This document shows positions 51,299-60,047 of a stretch of 64,000 nt of DNA, in pieces. The number at the start of each line of letters is the position of its first letter. Positions within the stretch are counted from its first letter, which is position 1. Below the pieces are notes generated by a model that had not been told where the DNA came from, ran no database searches, and was given only the letters and a program-made list of their open reading frames with translations. Position numbers and translations under genes: made by a program. Where the stretch lies: the NCBI GenBank assembly GCA_001794055.1, contig MGJB01000001.1, positions 7,457 through 71,456 on the forward strand. The letters run 5' to 3'. Origin of the DNA: Candidatus Yanofskybacteria bacterium RIFCSPHIGHO2_01_FULL_41_26. Lineage in GTDB: Bacteria; Patescibacteriota; Minisyncoccia; 2-02-FULL-40-12; GWA2-44-9.

Positions 51299-52753
51299 AT
51301 GGCTTTAGATGAAATACGTAGTATAAAAATTAAAAAAGTTGAAGAATTAAGGAAGTCCGGTATTGATCCCTATCCGGCTATTTCAAGCCGGACTAATTAT
51401 ATTAAAGAAGCTATTGAGAATTACGATGAATGGAAGGAGCGAAAAGAAATTACTTTAGCCGGAAGAATAATGGCAAGGCGCGAACATGGAGGTTCTGTTT
51501 TTTTTGATATCAATGATGGCTCTGGAAAAATCCAGTGTTTCATAAAAGAAGATGTTGTCGGCAGTGATAAATTTAAACAATTCAGTGAGCTTATAGATAT
51601 TGGGGACTTTATTGAGGCAAAAGGAACTTTGTTTAAAACAAAACAGGAAGAAAAAACCCTACTCACTACTCACTACTTACTACTCACTAAGGCTCTCCTG
51701 CCTTTGCCGGAAAAATGGCATGGTTTACAGGATGTTGAAGAAAGACTAAGAAAAAGATATCTGGATTTTATTTTTAATCCCGAATTAAGAGAAGTTGTTG
51801 AAAAGAAAGCTTTATTTTGGAATGCGGTCAGAGAGTTTCATGTTGAAAGAGGTTTTTTAGAAGTTGAAACCCCGGTTTTAGAAACTACTGTAGGTGGAGC
51901 AGACGCGACGCCTTTTAAGACTCATCACAACGCATTGGATATTGATGTGTACCTACGTATTTCAGCAGGCGAGCTTTGGCAAAAAAGACTAATGGTTGCC
52001 GGTTTTAATAAAACTTTTGAAATAGGAAGAATTTTTCGCAACGAGGGCATGTCTACTGAGCATTTGCAGGACTATACTCAATGCGAAGCTTACTGGGCCT
52101 ATGCAAACTATAAAGATATGTATAAATTTTTGCAGGACTGTTATCGTTACGCTGCTGAAAAAACATTTGGAACACTTAAGTTTAAAATAAACAATTTTAA
52201 CATTGATCTTGGAAGCCAATGGCCTCTAATTGATTACTCAGAAGAAGTTAAAAAACAAACAGGAATTAATATTTGGGAAGCGAGTGATAAGGAAATAAAG
52301 AAGAAATTGGAAGAACTTAAGGTTGAATATAATAAAGCTGAAAATAGGGCACGTTTAATTGATTCTCTGTGGAAGTATTGCCGGAAAAATATCGGCGGGC
52401 CGGCCATTTTGATTAATGAGCCCAAAATAGTTTCACCTTTATCAAAAACAACTCCGGAAAATCCAAACACCACAGAACGCTTTCATTTTATTATTGCCGG
52501 TTCAGAAGTAGGTCAAGGATATAGCGAACTTAATGACCCGATAGATCAAAGAGAACGCTTTGAAACTCAAGAAAAAATGAGAGAAGCAGGAGATGCAGAA
52601 GCTCAGCCTATGGACAAGGACTTTGTTGAGGCGTTGGAATACGGCATGCCTCCTACAGCCGGCCACGGTTTTAGCGAGAGATTGTTCAGTTTCTTGATGG
52701 GCAAGCCAATCAGAGAAACTCAAATTTTCCCCTTAATGAAACCTAGGGACTAA
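51299..52753 (+). CDS. lysS: Lysyl-tRNA synthetase (class II)
   Basis: LPEKWHGL, EVETP, FRNEG, YSELNDP and YGMPP. Confidence 0.97.
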   Translation: MALDEIRSIKIKKVEELRKSGIDPYPAISSRTNYIKEAIENYDEWKERKEITLAGRIMARREHGGSVFFDINDGSGKIQCFIKEDVVGSDKFKQFSELIDIGDFIEAKGTLFKTKQEEKTLLTTHYLLLTKALLPLPEKWHGLQDVEERLRKRYLDFIFNPELREVVEKKALFWNAVREFHVERGFLEVETPVLETTVGGADATPFKTHHNALDIDVYLRISAGELWQKRLMVAGFNKTFEIGRIFRNEGMSTEHLQDYTQCEAYWAYANYKDMYKFLQDCYRYAAEKTFGTLKFKINNFNIDLGSQWPLIDYSEEVKKQTGINIWEASDKEIKKKLEELKVEYNKAENRARLIDSLWKYCRKNIGGPAILINEPKIVSPLSKTTPENPNTTERFHFIIAGSEVGQGYSELNDPIDQRERFETQEKMREAGDAEAQPMDKDFVEALEYGMPPTAGHGFSERLFSFLMGKPIRETQIFPLMKPRD

Positions 52754-52755
52754 AC

Positions 52756-54042
52756 ATGTTAGACATAAAATTTATCAGAAATAATATAGACAAAATCAGG
52801 GAAGCCATCAAAAACAAGAAGGCCAATTTGGACTTGGACAAACTATTGGCTGCCGATGAGAGGCGCCGGCACTTGCTGAGTGAGTCAGAGATTTTGAAAG
52901 CGGAACAGAACAAACGTTCCAAGGGGCCACAATCACCGGTTGACTTGGAAGAGTTAAAAGCTTTAAAAGAAAAAATCAAATTGATAGAAAATGAATTGAA
53001 ATCTGTTGAGGAAGAATATGAACGATTGATGATGGTAGTTCCGAATATACCCACTGACGATACGCCGATAGGAAAAGATGAATCTGCGAATAAGGTTTTA
53101 AGAAAATGGGGAAAGGTAAGAAAATTTGATTTTAAACCGAAGGAGCATTGGGAGATTGGTGAGGCATTGGACTTGATCGATAACGAAAGAGCATCAAAAG
53201 TTTCAGGAGCAAGATTTACCTATTTAAAAAGAGGATTGGCTTTAATGCAATTTACTTTAATTCAATATGCCATGTCTGTCTTTGTGGATGAGAAGCTTAT
53301 CAAAAAAATAATTAAAAATAATAACTTAGATTTAAAAACTAATCCATTTATACCTGTTATACCACCGGTATTAATAAGACCTGATTCTATGCAGAAAATG
53401 GCTCGTTTGGAACCGAAAGAAGAAAGATATTATATGCCGGCTGATGATATATATCTTGTTGGCAGTGCTGAACATACTCTTGGAGCTATGCATATGGATG
53501 AAACATTTAACGAGAAAGATTTGCCCATTAGATATATCGGCTACTCTACTGCTTTCAGAAGAGAAGCCGGTTCTTACGGCAAAGACATGAAAGGCATACT
53601 AAGAGTTCACCAGTTTGATAAGTTAGAAATGGAATCATTTTGTTTGCCGGAAGATTCAATTAAAGAACAGGATTTATTTGTGGGCATGCAGGAATACTTA
53701 GTTCAGTCGCTGAATATACCTTATCAGGTGGTGGCGATATGCACTGGAGACATGGGTGGACCCGATGCCAGACAGATAGATTTGGAAATGTGGATGCCCG
53801 GTCAGGATAGATACAGAGAGACGCATACAGCTGATTTAATGACGGATTATCAAGCGAGGCGACTTGGAACTAAAGTAAAAAGAGCCGGAGGTTCGGAGTT
53901 TGTGCATATGAATGATGCCACCGCTTTAGCTATTGGCAGAACCCTTATTGCCATTATGGAAAACTATCAAACTAAAAAAGGAACCATTGAAGTTCCCAAG
54001 GTTCTTCGCAAGTTTATGGGCGGAATTAAAGAGATAAAATAG
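52756..54042 (+). CDS. serS: Seryl-tRNA synthetase
   Basis: MLDIKFIR, FRREAGSYG, RVHQF.K.E and ENYQ. Confidence 0.97.
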   Translation: MLDIKFIRNNIDKIREAIKNKKANLDLDKLLAADERRRHLLSESEILKAEQNKRSKGPQSPVDLEELKALKEKIKLIENELKSVEEEYERLMMVVPNIPTDDTPIGKDESANKVLRKWGKVRKFDFKPKEHWEIGEALDLIDNERASKVSGARFTYLKRGLALMQFTLIQYAMSVFVDEKLIKKIIKNNNLDLKTNPFIPVIPPVLIRPDSMQKMARLEPKEERYYMPADDIYLVGSAEHTLGAMHMDETFNEKDLPIRYIGYSTAFRREAGSYGKDMKGILRVHQFDKLEMESFCLPEDSIKEQDLFVGMQEYLVQSLNIPYQVVAICTGDMGGPDARQIDLEMWMPGQDRYRETHTADLMTDYQARRLGTKVKRAGGSEFVHMNDATALAIGRTLIAIMENYQTKKGTIEVPKVLRKFMGGIKEIK

Positions 54043-54133
54043 ATACTTATCACCTAAGTTACAGTTGCTTTTTAGGAGGTTTTGTGGTATTATATAGATA
54101 CTCCGTTCCTTTCCATTCCTTTTCTTTCATTTC

Positions 54134-54475
54134 ATGCAGAAAAATATAGCAGATTGGTCGGATCACGAAGCAAATGATCAATACAAGAAAAACTATATTA
54201 TGGGTTTGTGGAAATTTAGCGACAAAGTTTCTTTAGAGCAATTGGTGGAAGTTGCTAAAAAGGCCATAGAAAACCCAAAGTATCTTCAGGTATATATTAG
54301 GCAATGTTCAAAAGATCAGTATGGCATAGGATTTACCTATGACAATTCTGATAAGGTACCGGCAGCCGGTCAGAATAAAGAATACATGGATCCGGTTATG
54401 GATGCATTAAAAAGACAGTTCGGGAACGATCTGGTTGGGTGGGATATTTCTTCACCTGTCTGGATTATTAAATAA
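54134..54475 (+). CDS. Hypothetical protein
   Basis: 113-aa ORF followed by a strong hairpin terminator. Confidence 0.65.
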   Translation: MQKNIADWSDHEANDQYKKNYIMGLWKFSDKVSLEQLVEVAKKAIENPKYLQVYIRQCSKDQYGIGFTYDNSDKVPAAGQNKEYMDPVMDALKRQFGNDLVGWDISSPVWIIK

Positions 54476-54568
54476 AATTAAACCTTAACTAAAGGGTTAA
54501 GGATACGGAATGCAGAAAACCGTCGAAAGGCGGTTTTCTGTTTGAGTTTTTATAGATATAATGTGTTT

Positions 54569-55357
54569 ATGAGGCCGGTTAATATAAAAAGTTTAAATCA
54601 TAAAGATGAGGCGATGCGTCGGCATCGCCGGGCTTTTGTTTTGAAGATTGTTATAGTAGTGCTTGGGACGGTTGCCGTTGTGGCTGGAATAATTTATCTT
54701 TTGTTCTTTTCGAGGATGTTTGATGTCAGGGAGGTGAGTTTTAACGGTTTAGATACTGTAAGTTCAGATGTGTTTCGGACAAAAATAGAAGGAAATTTGA
54801 GTCAAAATCTACTCTCATATTTGCCTCGAAGAAACAATCTCTTTTTTGTGGGGGTTGGTGATTTTGAAAAAGAATTTGCCTCGGAATACCCAGTTTTTAA
54901 ATCGGTGAATGTCCAAAGGAAACTTCTTCATGGTTTGGTATTAAATTTTTTGGAAAGAAAACCAGTTGGTGTGTGGTGTTTCAAAAATGATTGCTATTAT
55001 TTTGATGAGGAGAAAGTTCTTTGGGGCCAGCCAGCCAAATCATCCGGCTTCATATTTCTGACAATAGAGGACGACAGACAAAACGAGAGCAAAAAAATAG
55101 ATGGCGACTTTTTTAGGCCAATAATGGAAATTGCAAAAAAAATGCCCGGAGAAATAAAAAATATAGTAATACCAGCAGGCTCATTTAACGAATTTCGTGT
55201 TTATACTGCTGATTACTATATTGCTTTTACTACGGACTCTGATGTTCAAAATCAGCTAGCTACCTTGAAGATATTCATGAATGACAAAAAGGGTGATCTT
55301 GATTTCCATCCACAATACATTGACTTAAGAATTGATGGGAGGGTTTATTATAAATGA
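54569..55357 (+). CDS. FtsQ/DivIB-like protein
   Basis: TM, POTRA-like region and C-terminal YIDLR; adjacent to murB. Confidence 0.75.
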   Translation: MRPVNIKSLNHKDEAMRRHRRAFVLKIVIVVLGTVAVVAGIIYLLFFSRMFDVREVSFNGLDTVSSDVFRTKIEGNLSQNLLSYLPRRNNLFFVGVGDFEKEFASEYPVFKSVNVQRKLLHGLVLNFLERKPVGVWCFKNDCYYFDEEKVLWGQPAKSSGFIFLTIEDDRQNESKKIDGDFFRPIMEIAKKMPGEIKNIVIPAGSFNEFRVYTADYYIAFTTDSDVQNQLATLKIFMNDKKGDLDFHPQYIDLRIDGRVYYK

Positions 55358-56361
55358 TTATTAAGGAAAATGTGATTTTGGCGCCGTATACGACTTTTAA
55401 AATTGGTGGGCCGGCGAGATATTTTTGCGAGGTCGGGAATATTATTGAATTTCGCGAAGCGTTAAAATTTTCAAAAGAAAACAATCTGCGGTTCTTCATC
55501 TTAGGCGGAGGAAGCAATATTTTATTTTCTGGCAAAGGGTTTAGCGGGTTGGTTATAAAAATGGAGATTAAAGGGTTGAAATTCAAAGATGATAAAGATT
55601 ATTCAATCTTGATTGCCGGAGCTGGGGAAAGTTGGGATGATGTGGTTGAAAAAGCGGTTGAAAGAAATTTGGGCGGTATAGAAAATTTGTCGTTGATACC
55701 TGGCACGGCCGGGGGCGCAGTTTGTCAGAACATCGGCGCTTATGGTGTGGAGTTAAAAGATGTCTTGTTGGGTGTTGAAGTATTTGATGCAAAGTCTGGA
55801 GGAATTAAGACTTTTTTTAACAAAGATTGTCATTTTGGGTATAGAGATAGTGTTTTTAAAAACCGCGATGATTTAGTTATTTTGAAAGTGGATCTTAAAC
55901 TATTGAAAAATCTTGAACCAAATATTAAATATCCAGACCTTGTTAAATTTTTTGAAAATGTTACCCCGTCGATAGTTGGTGTTAGACAGGCGGTTATTAA
56001 TATTAGAAAGAAAAAATTGCCCTACCCATCTGAAGTCGGAAATGCGGGTTCGTTTTTTAAAAATCCAATTATAGAAATGTCCGGTTATCAATTTCTAATT
56101 TCTAAACACTCTGATTTAAAAGGGTACGATATGGGTAGTGGTTGGGTAAAACTTTTAGCCGGACAGCTTATAGAAAAATGTGGTTGGAAAGGGAAACAAC
56201 TGGGAAATGTTGGAGTGTCCGATAAGCACTCCCTAGTTTTGGTTAATTACGGAAATGGAACAGCGGAAGAAGTAATCCATTTTTCGGAGGAGATTAAAAG
56301 ATCGGTAAAAGATAGATTTGGAATAGAGTTAGAGCCGGAGGTGGAGGTTGTTGACAATTGA
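55354..56361 (+). CDS. murB: UDP-N-acetylenolpyruvoylglucosamine reductase
   Basis: GGGSN, IPGT.GG...QNIGAYG, GSFFKNP and LEPEV. Confidence 0.96.
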   Translation: MIIKENVILAPYTTFKIGGPARYFCEVGNIIEFREALKFSKENNLRFFILGGGSNILFSGKGFSGLVIKMEIKGLKFKDDKDYSILIAGAGESWDDVVEKAVERNLGGIENLSLIPGTAGGAVCQNIGAYGVELKDVLLGVEVFDAKSGGIKTFFNKDCHFGYRDSVFKNRDDLVILKVDLKLLKNLEPNIKYPDLVKFFENVTPSIVGVRQAVINIRKKKLPYPSEVGNAGSFFKNPIIEMSGYQFLISKHSDLKGYDMGSGWVKLLAGQLIEKCGWKGKQLGNVGVSDKHSLVLVNYGNGTAEEVIHFSEEIKRSVKDRFGIELEPEVEVVDN

Positions 56362-56402
56362 GTTTCAATTTGCTATAATGGATAGACAATAAGTTCTTTA
56401 CA
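56351..56402 (+). promoter_or_regulatory. Consensus promoter followed by a boxA-like sequence
   Basis: TTGACA-17-TATAAT (TGn extended) at 56351-79; GTTCTTTACA at 56393. Confidence 0.75.
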
Positions 56403-56915
56403 TATCGGGTCCTTAACTGGGCTCGAAAAAAGCCAGCAAATACCTCGAAATCTAGGCATTCAAGTAAGATATATTTGGCCTTAAAGGATGTAAACATTTG
56501 TGGAGTATTAATTTAAGTAGTTCTCAAGTTGTTAGTAATTTGCTGGTTTTTTTCGGGCTCTGTTAGTGGAGCCAAAGAATCGACAGAGGCTACGTTGCGC
56601 GGAGGGTTCGGAGGGTGCTCCGATCGCCAGTGATCCGCGACGTTGTTCCTCTGTCGAGTGCGGGAGTGGAGCCGGCGGGGAAGCCCCGGCAGTTCAACAG
56701 CCACACCGCAAACCTGGCCGGAGAATGGTGGATAACTCCGGGTCTCGCGTTGTTTCCAGCCAGGCGCTGGTGCGCGGGATTTTCAACCACTCGGGGGAGG
56801 CGCATCGCCTCCCCCCGTCTCGACTCACCGTGCGAGGTAGCATGCATGCACCGCCGTCGTCGCCGTCGTGGGGTGGCACAGGTCCGAAGAACCTGTAAGC
56901 CACAATAACCGAACG
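56385..56915 (+). ncRNA. Candidate large structured ncRNA of unknown class
   Basis: Consecutive GC-rich helices; no convincing ORF; promoter and terminator bracket it. Confidence 0.55.
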
Positions 56916-56917
56916 AC

Positions 56918-56954
56918 CGCCTCGTCAGGGTTTCCCCTGACGAGGCGCTTTTTT
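56918..56954 (+). terminator. Intrinsic terminator
   Basis: CGCCTCGTCAGGG-TTTC-CCCTGACGAGGCG plus T6. Confidence 0.88.
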
Positions 56955-57055
56955 ATTTAAAATTATGCTCAACCCTCCCCATTTTTGAGCATCGTGTTAT
57001 CTTCGGAGGTAAACGGTCTGCAAATGGAGAGGGGTTTCTCTGGCCTTTTTGTTGA

Positions 57056-57161
57056 AGCGACACCTTCATCCCAAAGAAGAACGTTCGGAGGCTACCCTGG
57101 GCCGAGATAGAGCAAAAATTCAGTAGAATTTTATGCGGTCTTCGTGGGATGAGGTGGCGCT
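57056..57161 (+). repeat. Family A, copy 6
   Basis: Core nearly identical to copy 5, with a different outer stem. Confidence 0.93.
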
Positions 57162-57190
57162 GAAATTCTAGGTAAAGCAAAGTTTAATAA

Positions 57191-58942
57191 TTAAGGATTA
57201 ATTTTCCAGACGAAGATGGAATTGCCGATAACTTTAATTGGTTGATAGTTGGTAAGCCAGCCGTAATTTTTGTCAGTGGCGAGGGACTGTTGATAGAACG
57301 TTGCCGATACAGCGATATATCCGCCGGTCGGATTATCTGACATGAATTGGTCTTTAGTTTTGTATTTTTCGCTTGTCATCCAATAAAATTTATTACCCAA
57401 ATAATATGATTGATCAGCCCAGCCGAAATAATCAAGACTAATTTTTTTAATATCATTTCTATCAACCCAATCAGCCAGACGCTTTAAGTCTTGGCCCCAG
57501 TCAAGGTTTGAATCAACAACATATCTGTAACCGCCGGTTGGTCCGCCGGCTATTTGATTAAAATAAGTCAAGTAATAAGGAAAGATTATGATTGTTTCGG
57601 CCAATAACCAGGCACACAGAGTGCTTACGAAGACCAGATATACCCTCTTTGCCTTAACGCGTTCATAAAGAACGGATAGTTGACCCGCAACAAGAATGGC
57701 TGTACCACCATAGACTGGGATTAGATGTCTGATCCCAATATTTAAATTGGCGTTGATACTGATAATCCAATAAAAAAGCGCCCAGGAGAAGATGGCTGTT
57801 TCTGCGAAATGGATTCGCAGCCAGTTTTTCAGGCGCCGTTCTTTGGTGCGGGCATTTATAAAAAATGCGATTGTCGCGATGATAAAGAGTATTAAAAATG
57901 GAATTGGTTCTTTCAGGGCATAAATAACTGGAAAATATGATTTTACTGCTGTTTGATAAACGTTGCCCAAAAAGTAGGTTTGATTGCCGCCGACATTTCT
58001 TTGAAAAATCATCAACACCCCAAGACTGTATTGAGCAAATGGACGAAGTAAGGGTTTATCCGATGCCCATATAACAGGATCGGCAAAAAGCCGATTACCG
58101 TAAGAACCTAAAATAACAGCTGCATCCGCTTTTTGTTTTTCTCCGCTGTAATTTAAAAGATGCAATTGAAATATCGGACCGACAATGAATGCAAAACCAA
58201 CAATAATTATCAGAACTGCCTTCCAGGCCATGCTGATCATTCCCGATAATTTGTGCTGATTGGCGTATGCCCATATGACAGCCAGAAAGACGAGCAGGGG
58301 AATCAATAAGAATGCTGAAAACTTGGTTAGTTGACCGAGACCGAAAACAATCGCAGCCAACCAAAAGTTTTTGTTCCGCCAGCCGGCAGATTGATTTTCA
58401 AAATAGCGTTCAAAAAAATACAGTGTCGCTATAATGCCGGCGAGGAGAGCGATGTCAGTGGTAACTAGCCGGGAATGGGCAATAACGGTAGGAGTAAAAG
58501 AAAATAAGAATATCGCCAGAAGCGCAGCTTTGTCACCGAATAATTTTTTGGTCCAGACAAAAATTATCCATGCCGAAATAATAAAGAATAACAACATCGG
58601 CAGTTTGGCCGCGCGAACCAAAGTGATGGCATCGTTGCCTGTTTGGAAGATCAGGGCTCGGCCGAAATTCCATTGACCGTTCACGTCAGTTGGCCAGTTA
58701 GTGGGATATTTTTGAGAAAAGGCGCTTTGGTTTAGATTGAAAGGCAGCAAAGCCAATCCGGCCAGATCTTTAGCCAGTGGCGGGTGCTCCGGATTGAACT
58801 GATAGCTATGCTGGACGACATATGAATAACCGGCGCCGATGTGGGGAATTTCATCAACAACAGGCGAGTCATTCCAACCACTTGTAATTGCCAAGATGGT
58901 AGCCGAAGCAATTATTAGGAATGCTGTTAATTTGATTTTCAT
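57191..58942 (-). CDS. GT-C glycosyltransferase (ArnT/PMT-like)
   Basis: VDE..H, NPEHPPLAK, TTD, TKF and DSNLDWGQD. Confidence 0.88.
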   Translation of the reverse strand: MKIKLTAFLIIASATILAITSGWNDSPVVDEIPHIGAGYSYVVQHSYQFNPEHPPLAKDLAGLALLPFNLNQSAFSQKYPTNWPTDVNGQWNFGRALIFQTGNDAITLVRAAKLPMLLFFIISAWIIFVWTKKLFGDKAALLAIFLFSFTPTVIAHSRLVTTDIALLAGIIATLYFFERYFENQSAGWRNKNFWLAAIVFGLGQLTKFSAFLLIPLLVFLAVIWAYANQHKLSGMISMAWKAVLIIIVGFAFIVGPIFQLHLLNYSGEKQKADAAVILGSYGNRLFADPVIWASDKPLLRPFAQYSLGVLMIFQRNVGGNQTYFLGNVYQTAVKSYFPVIYALKEPIPFLILFIIATIAFFINARTKERRLKNWLRIHFAETAIFSWALFYWIISINANLNIGIRHLIPVYGGTAILVAGQLSVLYERVKAKRVYLVFVSTLCAWLLAETIIIFPYYLTYFNQIAGGPTGGYRYVVDSNLDWGQDLKRLADWVDRNDIKKISLDYFGWADQSYYLGNKFYWMTSEKYKTKDQFMSDNPTGGYIAVSATFYQQSLATDKNYGWLTNYQPIKVIGNSIFVWKINP

Positions 58943-58946
58943 TCCG

Positions 58947-59960
58947 TTATTTGAAATATCTCCAGTATTCCATAAATCCGATAGAAAACAAGAAAACGAT
59001 CATGACCAATGCAGTTATTACAGGGGCTTCGTGAACTGAATGAGCATCACGCATTGAATACCACGAACTTAATTTATCAAAGAACCACCAGATTCCCCGG
59101 GCGGTGAAAATCATTACCACAGGCAGAACACCAATAGTTATCAGTGTATTGTGGGCTGTGGCAGATAAAAATCCGGGTATAAGCACGATTAAGAACCATG
59201 CAAACAAGAGAGTGTGGATGGTTGAAAAGTGGCCATGCTTGCGCCTTAACCAGTGTATAAGCTCATTAATAAAACCGACAATAAAGAATATACCTATTGG
59301 CCAAGGTAAAAGTGGGGAATCCGAGAAGTTAAACATTCCTAAGGTTTTTACCAAGCTTGTGACAGATATATTTACCCCTACACTGGACATAGGGGCGGTT
59401 TGTTGCCAAAAAGATATCATGGCAGGCAAAGCAACCGCAAAAGCCGTCAAAGCAAGCAAGACGAAACCTTGAAGCAACTTGTTTTTGGCGTATTCGTATT
59501 TAGCGTGGTTAAAATCTTTTTTCAGATACCACCAATAATTTAAGAATAATAACATGACAACAATCGGCGTCGTGTAGAAAGAGGTGTTAGTATAAAATCC
59601 TAATCCGCCAAAAATACCGGCCATAGCAAAATCAGGCCGATGATTGTGTTTTAAACCCTTCCAAAGAAAATAGAAAGTATAAACAAGTACAAATGGAATT
59701 ATTATTGCGCTATCTTCCATTCGTGAAAAACTAACATGCCAGAAAGAAATTGCTGCAAGGTAGCTTGCAATAGCTGCTAAGCGCCACTCAAATAGTTCTT
59801 TAACTAACAGATAAAGCCCGATAATGGTGAGGACTCCAATGAGTGGCGGAAAGATGGTGCCCATCGTTGCGATGGGCACCATCATATAAAGACGGAAAAA
59901 AGAAGCAACTCCGACGATAATTAAAAAGATAACAAGCTCTTGTTTTTTTGTTTTTTGCAT
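58947..59960 (-). CDS. GT-C glycosyltransferase-like membrane protein (shortened)
   Basis: SFWHVSFSR and GLGFYT; polytopic. Confidence 0.7.
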   Translation of the reverse strand: MQKTKKQELVIFLIIVGVASFFRLYMMVPIATMGTIFPPLIGVLTIIGLYLLVKELFEWRLAAIASYLAAISFWHVSFSRMEDSAIIIPFVLVYTFYFLWKGLKHNHRPDFAMAGIFGGLGFYTNTSFYTTPIVVMLLFLNYWWYLKKDFNHAKYEYAKNKLLQGFVLLALTAFAVALPAMISFWQQTAPMSSVGVNISVTSLVKTLGMFNFSDSPLLPWPIGIFFIVGFINELIHWLRRKHGHFSTIHTLLFAWFLIVLIPGFLSATAHNTLITIGVLPVVMIFTARGIWWFFDKLSSWYSMRDAHSVHEAPVITALVMIVFLFSIGFMEYWRYFK

Positions 59961-60047
59961 ACTTTTATATTCTAACAGAAAAGAAGTAAAGTTTTATCAA
60001 CAAACCGGAGATTGATTTTGTCGGGGGGGGGTGTTATATTCAAAATC

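Noticed and set aside
56566-56908. RNase P RNA, tmRNA or the 97-110-aa ORFs
   Set aside because: Universal RNase P and tmRNA terminal motifs were not found on either strand; the ORFs lack an SD and look like GC-rich read-through. Kept as an unknown ncRNA candidate.
5859-57161. Family A as CRISPR repeats or integron attC sites
   Set aside because: Copies are dispersed rather than regularly spaced; there are no cas or integrase genes and no RYYYAAC/GTTRRRY ends.
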